DNA from: a bacterium
GTDB lineage: Bacteria; Hinthialibacterota; Hinthialibacteria; Hinthialibacterales; Hinthialibacteraceae
Assembly: GCA_041946805.1 (NCBI GenBank)
Contig: JBHGBC010000040.1
Coordinates: 1 to 41,029 of the forward strand
Direction of reading: 5' to 3'
DNA: 41,029 bases
In this document: piece after piece, positions 17,558 to 27,786 of the stretch
Layout of the letters: each line of letters opens with the position of its first letter
How positions within the stretch are numbered: position 1 is the first letter of the stretch
Notes under the pieces: model-generated
What the model was told of the DNA's origin: nothing
Database searches by the model: none
The model's input: the letters and a program-made list of their open reading frames with translations, nothing else
Made by a program: the position numbers and the translations under genes

Positions 17558-18571
17558 ATGAAACAAACCTGTCAATGGGAAATCCGGGAGTTACGATTAC
17601 AGGATCCTTTCGGCTTATCCCGGGGGACCCGCCGCGCGGTGAAGAATCTGTTCCTCCGGATCGGCGAAGGGTGGGGAGAAGGCGCTCCCATCTATTACCA
17701 AGGCCAGTCCGCGGAGCGCATGGAATCATTGGTCAGCGGGTGGCTGGCCGAAGCATCCGATTTCAAACGGCCGGTCGAAGTCATCCTGGCCGAACTATTG
17801 GAGCGCTTTCCCGGCGAGACGGCCTTGGCGCAAGCGGTGGACCTGGCCTGGCACGATGGCTGGGGAAAGCGCGAAGGCCGGCCTCTCTGCCGGCTTTGGA
17901 ATGCGCCGTTGCGGGGTGATTGGGTTTCCTCCTTTACCATCGGCATGGACAATCTGGAGACGGTGCTGCGGAAGGTGGACCGGGCGGAACCGTATCCCAT
18001 TTTGAAGATCAAAGTGGGCGGGGAAGAGGATTACTTCGTCCTGCGGGCCATCCACGAGCGGGCCCGCAAGCCGCTCTACGTGGACGCCAACGAAGGCTGG
18101 TCCGTGGAACAAACCGTGGAGATGCTTCCGCGGCTGCGGGAAATGGGGGTGCGGCTGGTGGAGCAGCCCCTGCCGCGGGAGGACCGGGAAGGCTACCGCC
18201 GCGTCCGTGAAGCCAACCGGACGGACATCCCGATCATCGTGGATGAAGGCGTGCACGGCCCGGAGGATATCGAGGCCTGGGCGGGCCTGGCGGATGGCGT
18301 CAACATCAAACTGGCGAAATGCGGCGGGCTGGACCGGGCGCGCCGGATGATTCACCTCGCGCGGCGGCTGGGCATGCGGATCATGCTGGGCTGCATGATC
18401 GAGAGTTCGCTGGGCGTCACGGCGGCGGCCCATCTCGCGCCGTGGGTGGATTATATTGACTTGGACGGGGCGGCCCTGCTGGCGGAGGATCCGTTCCGGG
18501 GCATGATCCTGGACCACGGCCGGCTCGTTATGCCCGGACGCCCGGGGATCGGGGCCGTGCCGGTGGAGTGA
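17558..18571 (+). CDS. Dipeptide epimerase (L-Ala-D/L-Glu epimerase-like, enolase superfamily)
   Basis: KIK, DANEG, EQP, DE, NIKLAKCGG, GCMIE and DLDG motifs. Confidence 0.88.
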   Translation: MKQTCQWEIRELRLQDPFGLSRGTRRAVKNLFLRIGEGWGEGAPIYYQGQSAERMESLVSGWLAEASDFKRPVEVILAELLERFPGETALAQAVDLAWHDGWGKREGRPLCRLWNAPLRGDWVSSFTIGMDNLETVLRKVDRAEPYPILKIKVGGEEDYFVLRAIHERARKPLYVDANEGWSVEQTVEMLPRLREMGVRLVEQPLPREDREGYRRVREANRTDIPIIVDEGVHGPEDIEAWAGLADGVNIKLAKCGGLDRARRMIHLARRLGMRIMLGCMIESSLGVTAAAHLAPWVDYIDLDGAALLAEDPFRGMILDHGRLVMPGRPGIGAVPVE

Positions 18572-18580
18572 TGAGTCCAG

Positions 18581-20206
18581 TCACTTGCCTGACTCGATTT
18601 CCTTCAATAGTTCGAGGATTTCCTCTTTATCCTCGATCGCGGGATGATCGTTCAGCGCGTTGCGGAGTATGCGTTCCGCCCGGGCCTTGTTGCCGAGTTG
18701 CAGATGAATTCGCGCGATTTGAGCGTAACAGGTTCCGGCGTTCGGGAAGCTGTCCAGGTACGTGGCGTAGAGACCGATGGCCCGGTTGGGTTGATTTTTC
18801 TTGAGCCAGAGCTGGGCGAGACGGGCGCGGGCGTCCTGGTCATGGAAATACATGTCCAGGATCCGCGCGGCGGATTTCAAGGCCGCGTCGAGATCGCCTT
18901 TCGCCTCGTATGCGCGGATCAGAGCCTCTAGCGTTTCCCTGTCGCGGGGAGCCAGCGTGTGGGCCTGATTCAACCGGGCGATGGCTTCGTCGTATTGGTG
19001 TTGTTTCAATAACTCCATTCCCGTTTTTCTGAGAATCAGACCGTTTTCGGGAATATGTCCCCAGGCTTTTTGGTAATGGAGTGTCGCGTCATCCAGCCGT
19101 TTGAAGGCCAGGAGAATGTGCGCCATGCGTTCGTGGAAATCGGCATCACGTTCTACGGCCCCGGTTCGCAAGCCGGTGGTGAAATACTCCCGGGCGCGGC
19201 CGGGCTGATTGTCCGCGAGCGCGAGTAGCCCCCGGGACGCGATCCACTCCGGCTGCGAAGAGGCGATCCAGCCCGCCTGGCGCAAGAGCGCGCGGGCCGC
19301 CTGGAGCTCTTCTGATTTTGCTGAGGAGGGATTCACTCCGGGCATTTTGTCCTTTCCGGACAGGGATTGAAATCCGAGATTCCGTTGCAACGCGGCTTGG
19401 GCGAGGATAATCAACGCCTCGGGGTGATGGCGGACGGACGGAGGAAGGATCTGGGCCGCTTGTTGAATGGGCTCACCGGACAGCCAGACGCGGTAGGCGT
19501 AGGCTTCCGGTTCGTCCCGAAATCGGGCCTCGTCCCAGCCGGGGAACGGATTGGGGGGATTCGGGCCACGGGCGGCGTCCTGTTCACAGAGGAAGCGCGC
19601 GTATTGGATATTCACCCAGCCGGGGCATTCCGGATCCTCCAACGCCTTGGCGTAACTGTCCAGGATTTGGCTGGTGTTGCCTTGGTTCCACCGCGCCCGC
19701 GCGATCAGGCTGGCGCTGTACCAATGAATGGTTTTAATCTGTCCGAACGCATCGAGCGCGGCTTGAATCCGGCCGGCGTTCAAATCCGTTTCGATCTGGA
19801 TGAGCCGCACGAATTCGTCCGAAGGCGCTAGTTGAACGGCTTTCTCCAGATACCGCCGCCGAACATCCGGATCGGACGCGGCCCGGCCGGCGAGGGCCAG
19901 GGCGGTGGCGTTTCCTGAATGGCGGGAAGCGAGAAATGTATATTGCCTCTCCAGATCACCGGATTGGCCCGCGGATTTCATGAACTCCTGGTACTGGATA
20001 TGCTTGAGGGGCGCGGATAGAGCGTCGAATTTCGGAAGCATCCGCGCCGCCTCGGCCGTGCGGCGGGCCTGGTATTGGTTCCGGTAGAATTGATACTCCC
20101 AACGGGCCGGCAGGGCGGGTCCGTACTGGATTCCGGCCAGTACGGCAAGGGCCGCCGCTCCCAGACCGAGCAAGCGTGAAAGACGCCAGCCGCCGATTCC
20201 ATTCAT
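18581..20206 (-). CDS. Membrane-anchored tetratricopeptide repeat protein
   Basis: N-terminal hydrophobic helix after ATG 20206 (AAAGGAA RBS); many TPR-like helices (YDEAIARLNQAHTLAP, GDLDAALKSAARIL). Confidence 0.75.
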   Translation of the reverse strand: MNGIGGWRLSRLLGLGAAALAVLAGIQYGPALPARWEYQFYRNQYQARRTAEAARMLPKFDALSAPLKHIQYQEFMKSAGQSGDLERQYTFLASRHSGNATALALAGRAASDPDVRRRYLEKAVQLAPSDEFVRLIQIETDLNAGRIQAALDAFGQIKTIHWYSASLIARARWNQGNTSQILDSYAKALEDPECPGWVNIQYARFLCEQDAARGPNPPNPFPGWDEARFRDEPEAYAYRVWLSGEPIQQAAQILPPSVRHHPEALIILAQAALQRNLGFQSLSGKDKMPGVNPSSAKSEELQAARALLRQAGWIASSQPEWIASRGLLALADNQPGRAREYFTTGLRTGAVERDADFHERMAHILLAFKRLDDATLHYQKAWGHIPENGLILRKTGMELLKQHQYDEAIARLNQAHTLAPRDRETLEALIRAYEAKGDLDAALKSAARILDMYFHDQDARARLAQLWLKKNQPNRAIGLYATYLDSFPNAGTCYAQIARIHLQLGNKARAERILRNALNDHPAIEDKEEILELLKEIESGK

Positions 20207-20582
20207 GGTGTTCCTTTCTTCCCCCTGAATTGCAGATATGGATCGAAAACGAAATCCCGTGCTTTGAATCGCCGCATTTGAGTGTGTCAGATTACGCCCG
20301 AAGGTCAAGACAAAGTTCCGGGCTCCGGTTAGTAACGTGTACGCCTTTCCCGGCAAGGAAGTAACTCATTCTTTTTGTGGATCGTCCGGCAGGTTGTGGC
20401 TCCGGCACCCCGCTGCCATCCAAATCCAGGTGTTGAAGCGTTGGCTCATAGCGTGGTGTGGCACACCTAAGGAACCTCGTATGCCCGGTGTCATAGCAGG
20501 GGCACGAGGCAACGTGCCCCTGCCATCGAAATGGGATGTCATTCTCTTCTATCCGACGCCAGGGATGACTCGGAGGACGTCT

Positions 20583-20683
20583 TTTGAACCACGGATCACG
20601 CGGATGGAAACAAGGATATCACGGATCAAGTCTTCTCAAATCCGCGCCATCCGTGGTGTTATCCGCGAAATCCGTGGTTCAAA
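20583..20683. repeat. Palindromic element built from CACGGAT/ATCCGTG units
   Basis: Perfect 14-bp terminal inverted repeat TTTGAACCACGGAT / ATCCGTGGTTCAAA with internal ~9-bp periodic units. Confidence 0.75.
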
Positions 20684-20822
20684 CGAATGAGGAAGGCGCA
20701 AGTAGTAGATATCGATCCCGCGGGGGTCGAATGGGGTATTCAACCCTTGTGGTATACCTTGCCCCGCAGGGAGAAAAGAAGGTATATTTCATCCGTATAT
20801 TTCAGCATGGATGGAGAGTCAC

Positions 20823-22100
20823 ATGGCCGAAAAATCGATGGATCGAAAATTGGCGGAAATCCGGGCCAATCCCAACAGCAAGGCATTCATCATCGCCGAC
20901 GCCAAGGATGCCGACATGGCGCGGGGCATACAGTCCTGCGGGCGTCATTCACCGGAATATTATCACGGGGAGGTGCGCTTCCGCAGCATCCAGGAATACC
21001 GCCAGATGATGCGCGACGTGGTCCACCAGGGCCTCGTGGACATCATGCTGATGTCGGCCAGCTCCAACGAAGTGCTGACCATCCAGGAGCGTCTGTTCGA
21101 CAACTCCCACGTGACTCCCGCCGGCCGGTGCAACGACACAACCGACATCCACACGTTCCGGGGCAGCAGTTACGAAACGATGGCGTCCCGCCCGTTCCGC
21201 ACGGCGACCATCGATCACCTGCAATGCGGTAAATACGAATGCGCTCCGGAAGAACGTTCCATTGGGTGCAACCTGGGACTCTATTCGATGACGTTCAACA
21301 ACGACGTGGACCGCGACATGGCTTCCCTGCAGGCGTTCAAGGAATTCCGCCTCGAGGCGGAAGCCAAGGAGATGCGCTATTTCCTGGAAGTGTTCGATCC
21401 GAACATTCCCGGCACGGTCGATCCCCACCTGATCGGGGCATTCGTGAACGACGCCATCGTCCGCAGCCTCGCGGGCGTGACGGAACGGGGACGTCCGCTG
21501 TTTTTGAAGATGGTCTACCACGGCCCCAAGTTCATGGAAGAGCTGGTGAGTTACGATCCCTCGATCATCGTCGGCATACTGGGCGGGTCGTCGGGGACCA
21601 CGTACGACGCATTCAAACTGATCGCCGATACCCAGAAATACGGCGGCCATGTGGCCTTGTTCGGCCGCAAGATCAACAACGCCGAGAACCAACTGGTGTT
21701 CATCAAGTTTCTGCGGATGATTGTGGATGGTGAGATATCAGCGGAAGAAGCCGTGAAGGCCTACCACGGCGTGTTGCAGGAATTGAAGTTAAAACCCCAG
21801 CGCAGCCTGGCGGACGACATGGTGCTGACGGATCCGGCCATGAGTTACAGCGGACGCTCGGCTGTCACGGTCCCCGCTCAACCTCCACAGCCTAAACCCG
21901 CGTATTCCCAACCCGCGGCGGCCAAACCCGCTTCCGCTCCGGCTCCGGTGACGGCTGCGGCCCCTGCGCCCGCGGCGGCCGCCAAGCCGGTTCCTTCCCG
22001 CCCCCGGATGGTGGACGAGGAAGAACCCGATTTCACCAAAATGACCCCCGAGGAAAAGATCGAATACAACCAACGGCGGCGCGACCGGATATTCGGATAA
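20823..22100 (+). CDS. Conserved hypothetical protein, probable class I aldolase-like TIM barrel with Pro/Ala-rich tail
   Basis: GGAGAG RBS; FLEVF, FLKMVY (candidate Schiff-base Lys), ILGG and ALFGRKI (phosphate-binding-like) resemble DeoC/LacD/FbaB-type aldolases. Confidence 0.55.
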   Translation: MAEKSMDRKLAEIRANPNSKAFIIADAKDADMARGIQSCGRHSPEYYHGEVRFRSIQEYRQMMRDVVHQGLVDIMLMSASSNEVLTIQERLFDNSHVTPAGRCNDTTDIHTFRGSSYETMASRPFRTATIDHLQCGKYECAPEERSIGCNLGLYSMTFNNDVDRDMASLQAFKEFRLEAEAKEMRYFLEVFDPNIPGTVDPHLIGAFVNDAIVRSLAGVTERGRPLFLKMVYHGPKFMEELVSYDPSIIVGILGGSSGTTYDAFKLIADTQKYGGHVALFGRKINNAENQLVFIKFLRMIVDGEISAEEAVKAYHGVLQELKLKPQRSLADDMVLTDPAMSYSGRSAVTVPAQPPQPKPAYSQPAAAKPASAPAPVTAAAPAPAAAAKPVPSRPRMVDEEEPDFTKMTPEEKIEYNQRRRDRIFG

Positions 22101-22123
22101 CCTCCCGTCCTGGATGGGATTCG

Positions 22124-22681
22124 TTACTTGGGGACATTGAAATCGGTTGAAGGTAACGAATGGAAGCCCAATGAAAATAGGGGTATGAACGGTTTTGCGA
22201 CAATCAGGCAATACTCGCTGCCGGGGATGCGTTCAAAGAGGACGAAACAGGCCTCGCTCCCGGCGCGCAGGATCAACGCGCCGTGGTTTTGTTGAGCCAA
22301 GGGAAGTTGGTTGATCGGCAATCCCGCGGGCGGGTTTTGGCGGCCTGGAAGGATCAATCCGGAGGATGTGCCAATCAGGATCGCCGGGGACGATCCTTGA
22401 TTCGACTTCAGGGGAGCCAATGCTTTCGTGATAATCTGTTCAGGCGGCAATCCTTCCCCCGAGGAATTACGCAGGGCATCCTGGCAGCGTTCCCGCGCGT
22501 CGAGAAAGGTCTGAAAAACTTCCTGTACGACCGATTCCGGGGCATAGACCTGAGAGGATCCGAAGAACCGGGGTCCCAACCAATATAGACCGGACGCCAG
22601 AACGGCGAGGATGAGCAGCATTTCAATCCAGAAAATCCGGCGGGCGCTGGATCTGGAATAATATCCTCCCGAAGAGGACAT
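22124..22681 (-). CDS. Hypothetical membrane-anchored protein, possibly Cache-like
   Basis: One N-terminal TM helix; C-terminal GSEACFVLFERIPGSEYCLIVAKP resembles Cache domain terminal strands; start uncertain (22681 or 22723). Confidence 0.5.
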   Translation of the reverse strand: MSSSGGYYSRSSARRIFWIEMLLILAVLASGLYWLGPRFFGSSQVYAPESVVQEVFQTFLDARERCQDALRNSSGEGLPPEQIITKALAPLKSNQGSSPAILIGTSSGLILPGRQNPPAGLPINQLPLAQQNHGALILRAGSEACFVLFERIPGSEYCLIVAKPFIPLFSLGFHSLPSTDFNVPK

Positions 22682-22815
22682 TGTGTATCCCCGCTTCAGG
22701 TAGGTGAATTCACGCCGCTTCATGGTGTCCCATCCTCAGGATCCTTCCCGGATTCCGCCAGCGGGGGAATGGATAGGTTCCCCGGAGCAAGCATGATATT
22801 ATATCCACGATACTT

Positions 22816-23790
22816 ATGGCGATCAAAATTCCGTCCCTGGAGACGATCCAATCCCTGTACCAGCTGCGCGAACGTCCCGCGGGAGACCGGTGGACGCTGG
22901 AGGAATCTTATGCGTTCTGCCGGGCGCTGACCGTCTCGCATTACGAGAATTTTCCCGTAGGTTCGCGGTTGCTGCCCAAGGCGAAACGTCCCCACGTGTA
23001 CGCCATCTACGCTTTCGCGCGCGTCGCGGATGATTTCTCGGATGAGCCACAGTACGAGGGCTTGCGGCTGGATTACCTCAACGGCTGGGATTCCCTGCTC
23101 GAGGAATGCTACCAAGGCCGGGCGGATCATCCCATCTTCCTGGCGCTGGCCGACAGCGTGCGGAAACTGGATTTACCCATTGAATTGTTTCGGGATCTCT
23201 TGCACGCGTTCAAGCAGGATGTCACGGTGAACCGCTACGAATCGCTGGAGAGCGTCGTCAATCATTATTGCCGGTTCTCAGCCAATCCCGTGGGCCGGCT
23301 GATTCTCCACCTGTTCGATTACCGGGATAAGGAACGGATGCTATTATCCGACCACATCTGTACCGCGCTGCAACTCACCAATTTTTGGCAGGATGTCGCC
23401 ATCGACCTGCAAAAGGACCGCGTCTATCTCCCCCGAAACTTGATGCGGGCGGACAATTACACCGTGGAGGATCTATTCGCCCGGGTTTACGATGAGCGGT
23501 TTCAGCGCATCATGCGAACCTTGACTGCTGAGACTTGGGATCTTTTTGACCGGGGGTATCCCCTGGTGGAGCAAGTCCGGTGGCCGCTCAACGCCGAGCT
23601 GCGTTTTACCTGGCTGGGCGGTGTGACCATCCTGTCCCGGATGGCGCAAAATCGATACAATGTATTCGATCACCGTCCCGCGTTGAACAAATGGGACTAT
23701 GTGAAATCCGGCGGGCGGTCGCTGCTGGGCATCGGGTGGATGCGGCGGCGCTTCCGCCGCATGTTTGAACCATTACGGACAGCGGCCTGA
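22816..23790 (+). CDS. hpnC: Squalene synthase HpnC (hydroxysqualene synthase)
   Basis: HYENFPVGS, YAFARVADDFSDE, SANPVGRL, ALQLTNFWQD. Confidence 0.92.
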   Translation: MAIKIPSLETIQSLYQLRERPAGDRWTLEESYAFCRALTVSHYENFPVGSRLLPKAKRPHVYAIYAFARVADDFSDEPQYEGLRLDYLNGWDSLLEECYQGRADHPIFLALADSVRKLDLPIELFRDLLHAFKQDVTVNRYESLESVVNHYCRFSANPVGRLILHLFDYRDKERMLLSDHICTALQLTNFWQDVAIDLQKDRVYLPRNLMRADNYTVEDLFARVYDERFQRIMRTLTAETWDLFDRGYPLVEQVRWPLNAELRFTWLGGVTILSRMAQNRYNVFDHRPALNKWDYVKSGGRSLLGIGWMRRRFRRMFEPLRTAA

Positions 23791-23821
23791 GGGAATCGGG
23801 GAATCGCGGCGGATCTGGGAG

Positions 23822-24703
23822 ATGGGCAGGGTGGATAACGCGGACTATACCCGGCAAAAGACCAAAACGAGTAAAACCAATTTCTATTATTCGTTCCTGT
23901 TCCTTCCCAAGGAGAAACGGGAGGCGATCTATACGGTTTATTCGTTTTGCCGGGAAACCGATGATATTGTCGACAACGTGACCGGCGCGGACGAAGCGCG
24001 CCGCCGTCTCGACTTATGGCGTTCGGAGATGGAAGCCTGCTACAACCAACAACCGGGGCATCCCATCACGCGGGCGTTGCTGGAAGTCATCCAGCGCTTC
24101 GCCATCCCCAAGGAATATTTCCACGCGCTCATCGACGGCTGCGAAATGGACATCCGGTTGAAACGCTACCAGACCTTCGACGAACTGGCCGCGTACTGCT
24201 ACCGGGTGGCCAGCGTCGTGGGCCTGATCTGCATTGAGATCTTCGGCTACCGCTCCAGCCAGGCCAAGGAATACGCCGTCAACCTGGGCATGGCTCTGCA
24301 ACTGACCAACATCATGCGCGATGTGGGCGAAGACGCGCGCAACGGCCGCATCTACCTCCCCCTGGAGGATTTGGAGCGGTTCCGGTATCCGGAAAAAAGC
24401 CTAATGGAAGAAGGATACACCCCCGCATTCGTCGAACTGATGCGCCACCAATTGGATCGCGCCCAGTCGTATTACGACACCGCCGCCCGCTTGTACGAAC
24501 GGCGCGATCATCACCTGCTTTTCCCGGCGGAAATCATGAGAAAGATCTATTACCTCCTCCTGCTGAAAATCGCGCAGGCGGACTTCAACGTCTACCAGCA
24601 ACGCATCCGCGTCCCCAATCAGAAAAAAATGATCATCGCTCTCTACACCTGGCTGGAAAGCCGATGGAGCCGTGTGACCCAATGGGCGGCCACACCATCG
24701 TAA
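23822..24703 (+). CDS. hpnD: Presqualene diphosphate synthase HpnD
   Basis: NFYYSFLFLP, FCRETDDIVD, YCYRVASVVG, ALQLTNIMRDVGED, GRIYLP; between hpnC and hpnE; start ATG 23822 or GTG 23831. Confidence 0.9.
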   Translation: MGRVDNADYTRQKTKTSKTNFYYSFLFLPKEKREAIYTVYSFCRETDDIVDNVTGADEARRRLDLWRSEMEACYNQQPGHPITRALLEVIQRFAIPKEYFHALIDGCEMDIRLKRYQTFDELAAYCYRVASVVGLICIEIFGYRSSQAKEYAVNLGMALQLTNIMRDVGEDARNGRIYLPLEDLERFRYPEKSLMEEGYTPAFVELMRHQLDRAQSYYDTAARLYERRDHHLLFPAEIMRKIYYLLLLKIAQADFNVYQQRIRVPNQKKMIIALYTWLESRWSRVTQWAATPS

Positions 24704-26001
24704 CCGGGGGCGGTTTCGCCGGGATCGCCGCCGCGGTCCGGCTGGCGGAATCCGGGCGGCCCGTCACTCTGATCGAAAAGAAAGGCTTCCTGGGCGGGCG
24801 GACTTATTCCATCCGGGACCGGCGCACCGGCGACTGGGTGGATAATGGCCAGCACGTATTGATGGGCTGTTATCACCAAACCTTCGGCCTGCTTCAACGC
24901 CTGGGGACAAGAAACGGCGTGCGGCTGCAGGATACCCTCTACGTGCCGTACCGGGGACCGGCCGGCTTTCGGGATCAACTCCAATGCCCCCCGCTGCCCG
25001 GACCGTTGCATCTCTTGGCCGGTCTGTTCCAAATGCAGTCCCTGGGCTGGCATGATAACTGGGCGGCGCTGCGTTTCGGGCTGGCGATGAAACGAAAAGG
25101 CGCGGTACGTGAATCCGAAACAGTCGCGGAACTGTGCCAACGCCTGCGCCAAACGGATACGCTGCGCAAACGCATGTGGGATCCCATCGCCCTGTCCGCC
25201 CTCAACGAGGATCTTTCACAAGCGGACGCCCGGCTGTTTCAAACCGTCCTGCGCCGGGCTTTTTTTTCCAAGGCGGATGACTCGAAACTGGCCCTGCCCG
25301 TGGTTCCCCTGGGAGAACTCTTGGGCGAGAAAGCCATCCGGTTTTTGGAAGAGCACCATGGGCGGGTGCTGCTGGACCGGACCGTCACGCGTCTGAACGT
25401 GGAGGGAGACAAAATAACCTTAGTGTTTTTGTCCACGGGTGAAACCGTGGAATGCGAGGCTTGTATCTCCGCCCTGCCGGAACCGCGTCTTCGTGGTTTG
25501 CTGGCGGCTTCCGGATTGGAAGAACGGATCCCATTGCCGGATCTCGGATCGTCTCCCATTCTCAGCGTGTTCTTATGGTATGACGAACCGTTTACGGATG
25601 AACTGTTGTGCTGCCTGCAAAACGCCACCTTTGAATGGGTCTTCCATCGGTCCAATTTCATGGATCCCGGCGGACACCAAAAATTCTGTGTATGCCTGGT
25701 GGCCAGCGCGGCGCGCCGGTTTCAGTCCTGGAGCCGGGAAGACCTGGCGCGGGCGGCCGTCGAGGATATGCAAAACACCTATCCGGAAACCCGGGGCCGG
25801 ATGCCAAGTACCTCCCTGGTGTTTTGGGAGCCGCGCGCCACGTTTTCGGCCACGGTGGAGAATGCCCGCCGCCGCCCCGGACCGGATACGCCATTGGCCA
25901 ATTTTTTTCTGGCCGGCGATTGGACTGACACGGGATTTCCGGCCACGATCGAAGGCGCGGTGGTCAGCGGCCATCGCGCCGCGGACATTCTCTTGGGATG
26001 A
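24682..26001 (+). CDS. hpnE: Hydroxysqualene dehydroxylase HpnE (FAD-dependent)
   Basis: GGGFAG Rossmann motif, LGGRTYS, DNGQHVLMGCY, LAGDWTDTGFPATIEGAV. Confidence 0.9.
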   Translation: MGGHTIVTGGGFAGIAAAVRLAESGRPVTLIEKKGFLGGRTYSIRDRRTGDWVDNGQHVLMGCYHQTFGLLQRLGTRNGVRLQDTLYVPYRGPAGFRDQLQCPPLPGPLHLLAGLFQMQSLGWHDNWAALRFGLAMKRKGAVRESETVAELCQRLRQTDTLRKRMWDPIALSALNEDLSQADARLFQTVLRRAFFSKADDSKLALPVVPLGELLGEKAIRFLEEHHGRVLLDRTVTRLNVEGDKITLVFLSTGETVECEACISALPEPRLRGLLAASGLEERIPLPDLGSSPILSVFLWYDEPFTDELLCCLQNATFEWVFHRSNFMDPGGHQKFCVCLVASAARRFQSWSREDLARAAVEDMQNTYPETRGRMPSTSLVFWEPRATFSATVENARRRPGPDTPLANFFLAGDWTDTGFPATIEGAVVSGHRAADILLG

Positions 26002-26122
26002 ATCCTTTCGTCCACGCTTGGTTTTTGATTCCTCCCCCGAAGATCGAGGGAGGTTAGAGGGATTGATTCTGAAGGGAAAGTTGATTGAGGCATGAATCCT
26101 TACATGCTGCCCACCCTCGTCT

Positions 26123-26189
26123 CCCTCTCCCTCTGGGAGAGGGCCGGGATCAAGGTGTTTTGTAGGGGCAGACCGTCGTGTCTGCCCCT
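26123..26189 (+). repeat. Composite REP-like module (CCCTCTCCC hairpin plus GTAG-GGGCAGAC/GTCTGCCC hairpin)
   Basis: Same two-part arrangement at 27681-27747 and 28920-28985. Confidence 0.75.
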
Positions 26190-26442
26190 GTCATTTTGCC
26201 GGAGGAACCTCATTCTTGTATGTCTTCAAGTTCTCACAAAGAAGAAAAATCTATCTAAATTGATCAACAATGGAATTTTTTTATCCTTCGCTGAATTCCT
26301 ATAATCGCACACAAATCAATAGTACCATGCTCCTATTCCCGCACGTTAATGGGGGATGACGATTTCAGGATGATTGAGTTCGTGGTCAGGACGATATCAA
26401 TCATCCACAACTGGAAATCACCAAACAACCTGGAGGAAGACA

Positions 26443-27606
26443 ATGTCGAAACAGCATGCGCCATTCAGCCGCCGGACTTTTTTGCAAACGGGTGTCACCG
26501 CGTCGGTGGCCGTGGGGATGGGGATGAAGGCCCAGGCGGAAGCCGCTCAACCGGGAAAGGTGGATCCCAAGAAGATTCTGAATTACCAACCGGATATGCG
26601 GTACAGGCGGTTGGGCAATACGGATATGTATATTTCGGTGATCAGCCTGGGCGGGCTGGTGAACGAGCCGGGCGTGCACGAGTATGGTATCGACCGCGGG
26701 GTCAATCTGGTGCATATGGCGGACGGGTACCTGGGCGGCCGCTCGATCCGGGATCTGGGCGAAGTGCTGAAAACCAAGCGCGATAAGGTCTATATCGCGT
26801 TGAAGGATAATTTCTTCAGCAACGAAGATTACCGCCGGGAGAATTTCAAAAAGATCGACGACGTGATGAAACTGCTCAATACCGATTATGTCGATTTCTT
26901 CATGTTCAACCGGCATGACGCCGAATCGGCCAAGGATCCCTTGATCGGCGAGGCTTTCGAGAAATTGAAGAAATTGGGAAAAGTCCGGTACGCGGGATTC
27001 ACCAATCATGGAGATATCAAGGGCGGCACGGCGGCGGCAATCGAAAGCGGCATGTATCATTTGTTGAATCCGGTCCTGAGCCAGGACAACCTCACCTTGC
27101 TCGATAACGAACTGCGCATCGCCCGGGAAAAGGGCATGGGCGTCATGGGCATGAAAACCATGAAGGGCATGCGCGGGCGCGATCAGGAATTGGCCTATCT
27201 GAAGAAGATGCTCAGCAATCCGGCAGTGACCACGGTGGTGAAGGGAATCGGCTCGGTTGAGATGTTCGACGCGTATCTCAAAGCCGCCGGCGAAACCCTG
27301 ACCAGCCAGGAAGACAAGGCGCTGTATCACTACGCGCAGGCGAACCGGACCAACAACTGCCTGATGTGCGACGAGTGCAAACGGAACTGCCCGGAGTGCA
27401 TCGAGATCTCCACGATCATCCGCTGCAAGGATTACTACTTCGAACAACTGGGCGACCGCTACACGGCCCTCACCACGTATCAGGAATTGCCGACGCAAAA
27501 ACGGTTGAGCGCCCGGTGCGGCGACTGCCGGAAATGCGAAGAAGTCTGTCCCCACGGCATTCAAATCGTGAACCGCCTGGAAGCCGCCAAGCAATTGTTC
27601 GCCTGA
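26443..27606 (+). CDS. Tat-signal aldo/keto reductase family protein with C-terminal 4Fe-4S motifs
   Basis: GGAGG RBS; SRRTFL Tat motif; MRYRRLGNTDMYISVISLGG; CLMCDECKRNCP and CGDCRKCEEVCP. Confidence 0.88.
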   Translation: MSKQHAPFSRRTFLQTGVTASVAVGMGMKAQAEAAQPGKVDPKKILNYQPDMRYRRLGNTDMYISVISLGGLVNEPGVHEYGIDRGVNLVHMADGYLGGRSIRDLGEVLKTKRDKVYIALKDNFFSNEDYRRENFKKIDDVMKLLNTDYVDFFMFNRHDAESAKDPLIGEAFEKLKKLGKVRYAGFTNHGDIKGGTAAAIESGMYHLLNPVLSQDNLTLLDNELRIAREKGMGVMGMKTMKGMRGRDQELAYLKKMLSNPAVTTVVKGIGSVEMFDAYLKAAGETLTSQEDKALYHYAQANRTNNCLMCDECKRNCPECIEISTIIRCKDYYFEQLGDRYTALTTYQELPTQKRLSARCGDCRKCEEVCPHGIQIVNRLEAAKQLFA

Positions 27607-27680
27607 GTGGACAGGAACGCGGGCATCCGGCCCGCGCCCTGGATGGGCGGACTGCAGCGGCCGCTTCGTTCGATCCAATC

Positions 27681-27747
27681 CCCTCTCCCTCTGGGAGAGG
27701 GTCAGGGTGAGGGAAAATGGATAGGGGCGGACCTTGGTGTCCGCCCC
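27681..27747 (+). repeat. Composite REP-like module
   Basis: CCCTCTCCCTCTGGGAGAGGGTCAGGGTGAGGG followed by ATAGGGGCGGACC..GTGTCCGCCCC. Confidence 0.8.
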
Positions 27748-27786
27748 GGGGGATTCCCTGTGTTGAGTTGGAAGGAGTACAGTTCC

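Noticed and set aside
27607..27786. N-terminal extension of the DUF6599 ORF (SPLPLGEGQGEG)
   Set aside because: Read-through of the REP module; RBS and signal peptide begin at 27787
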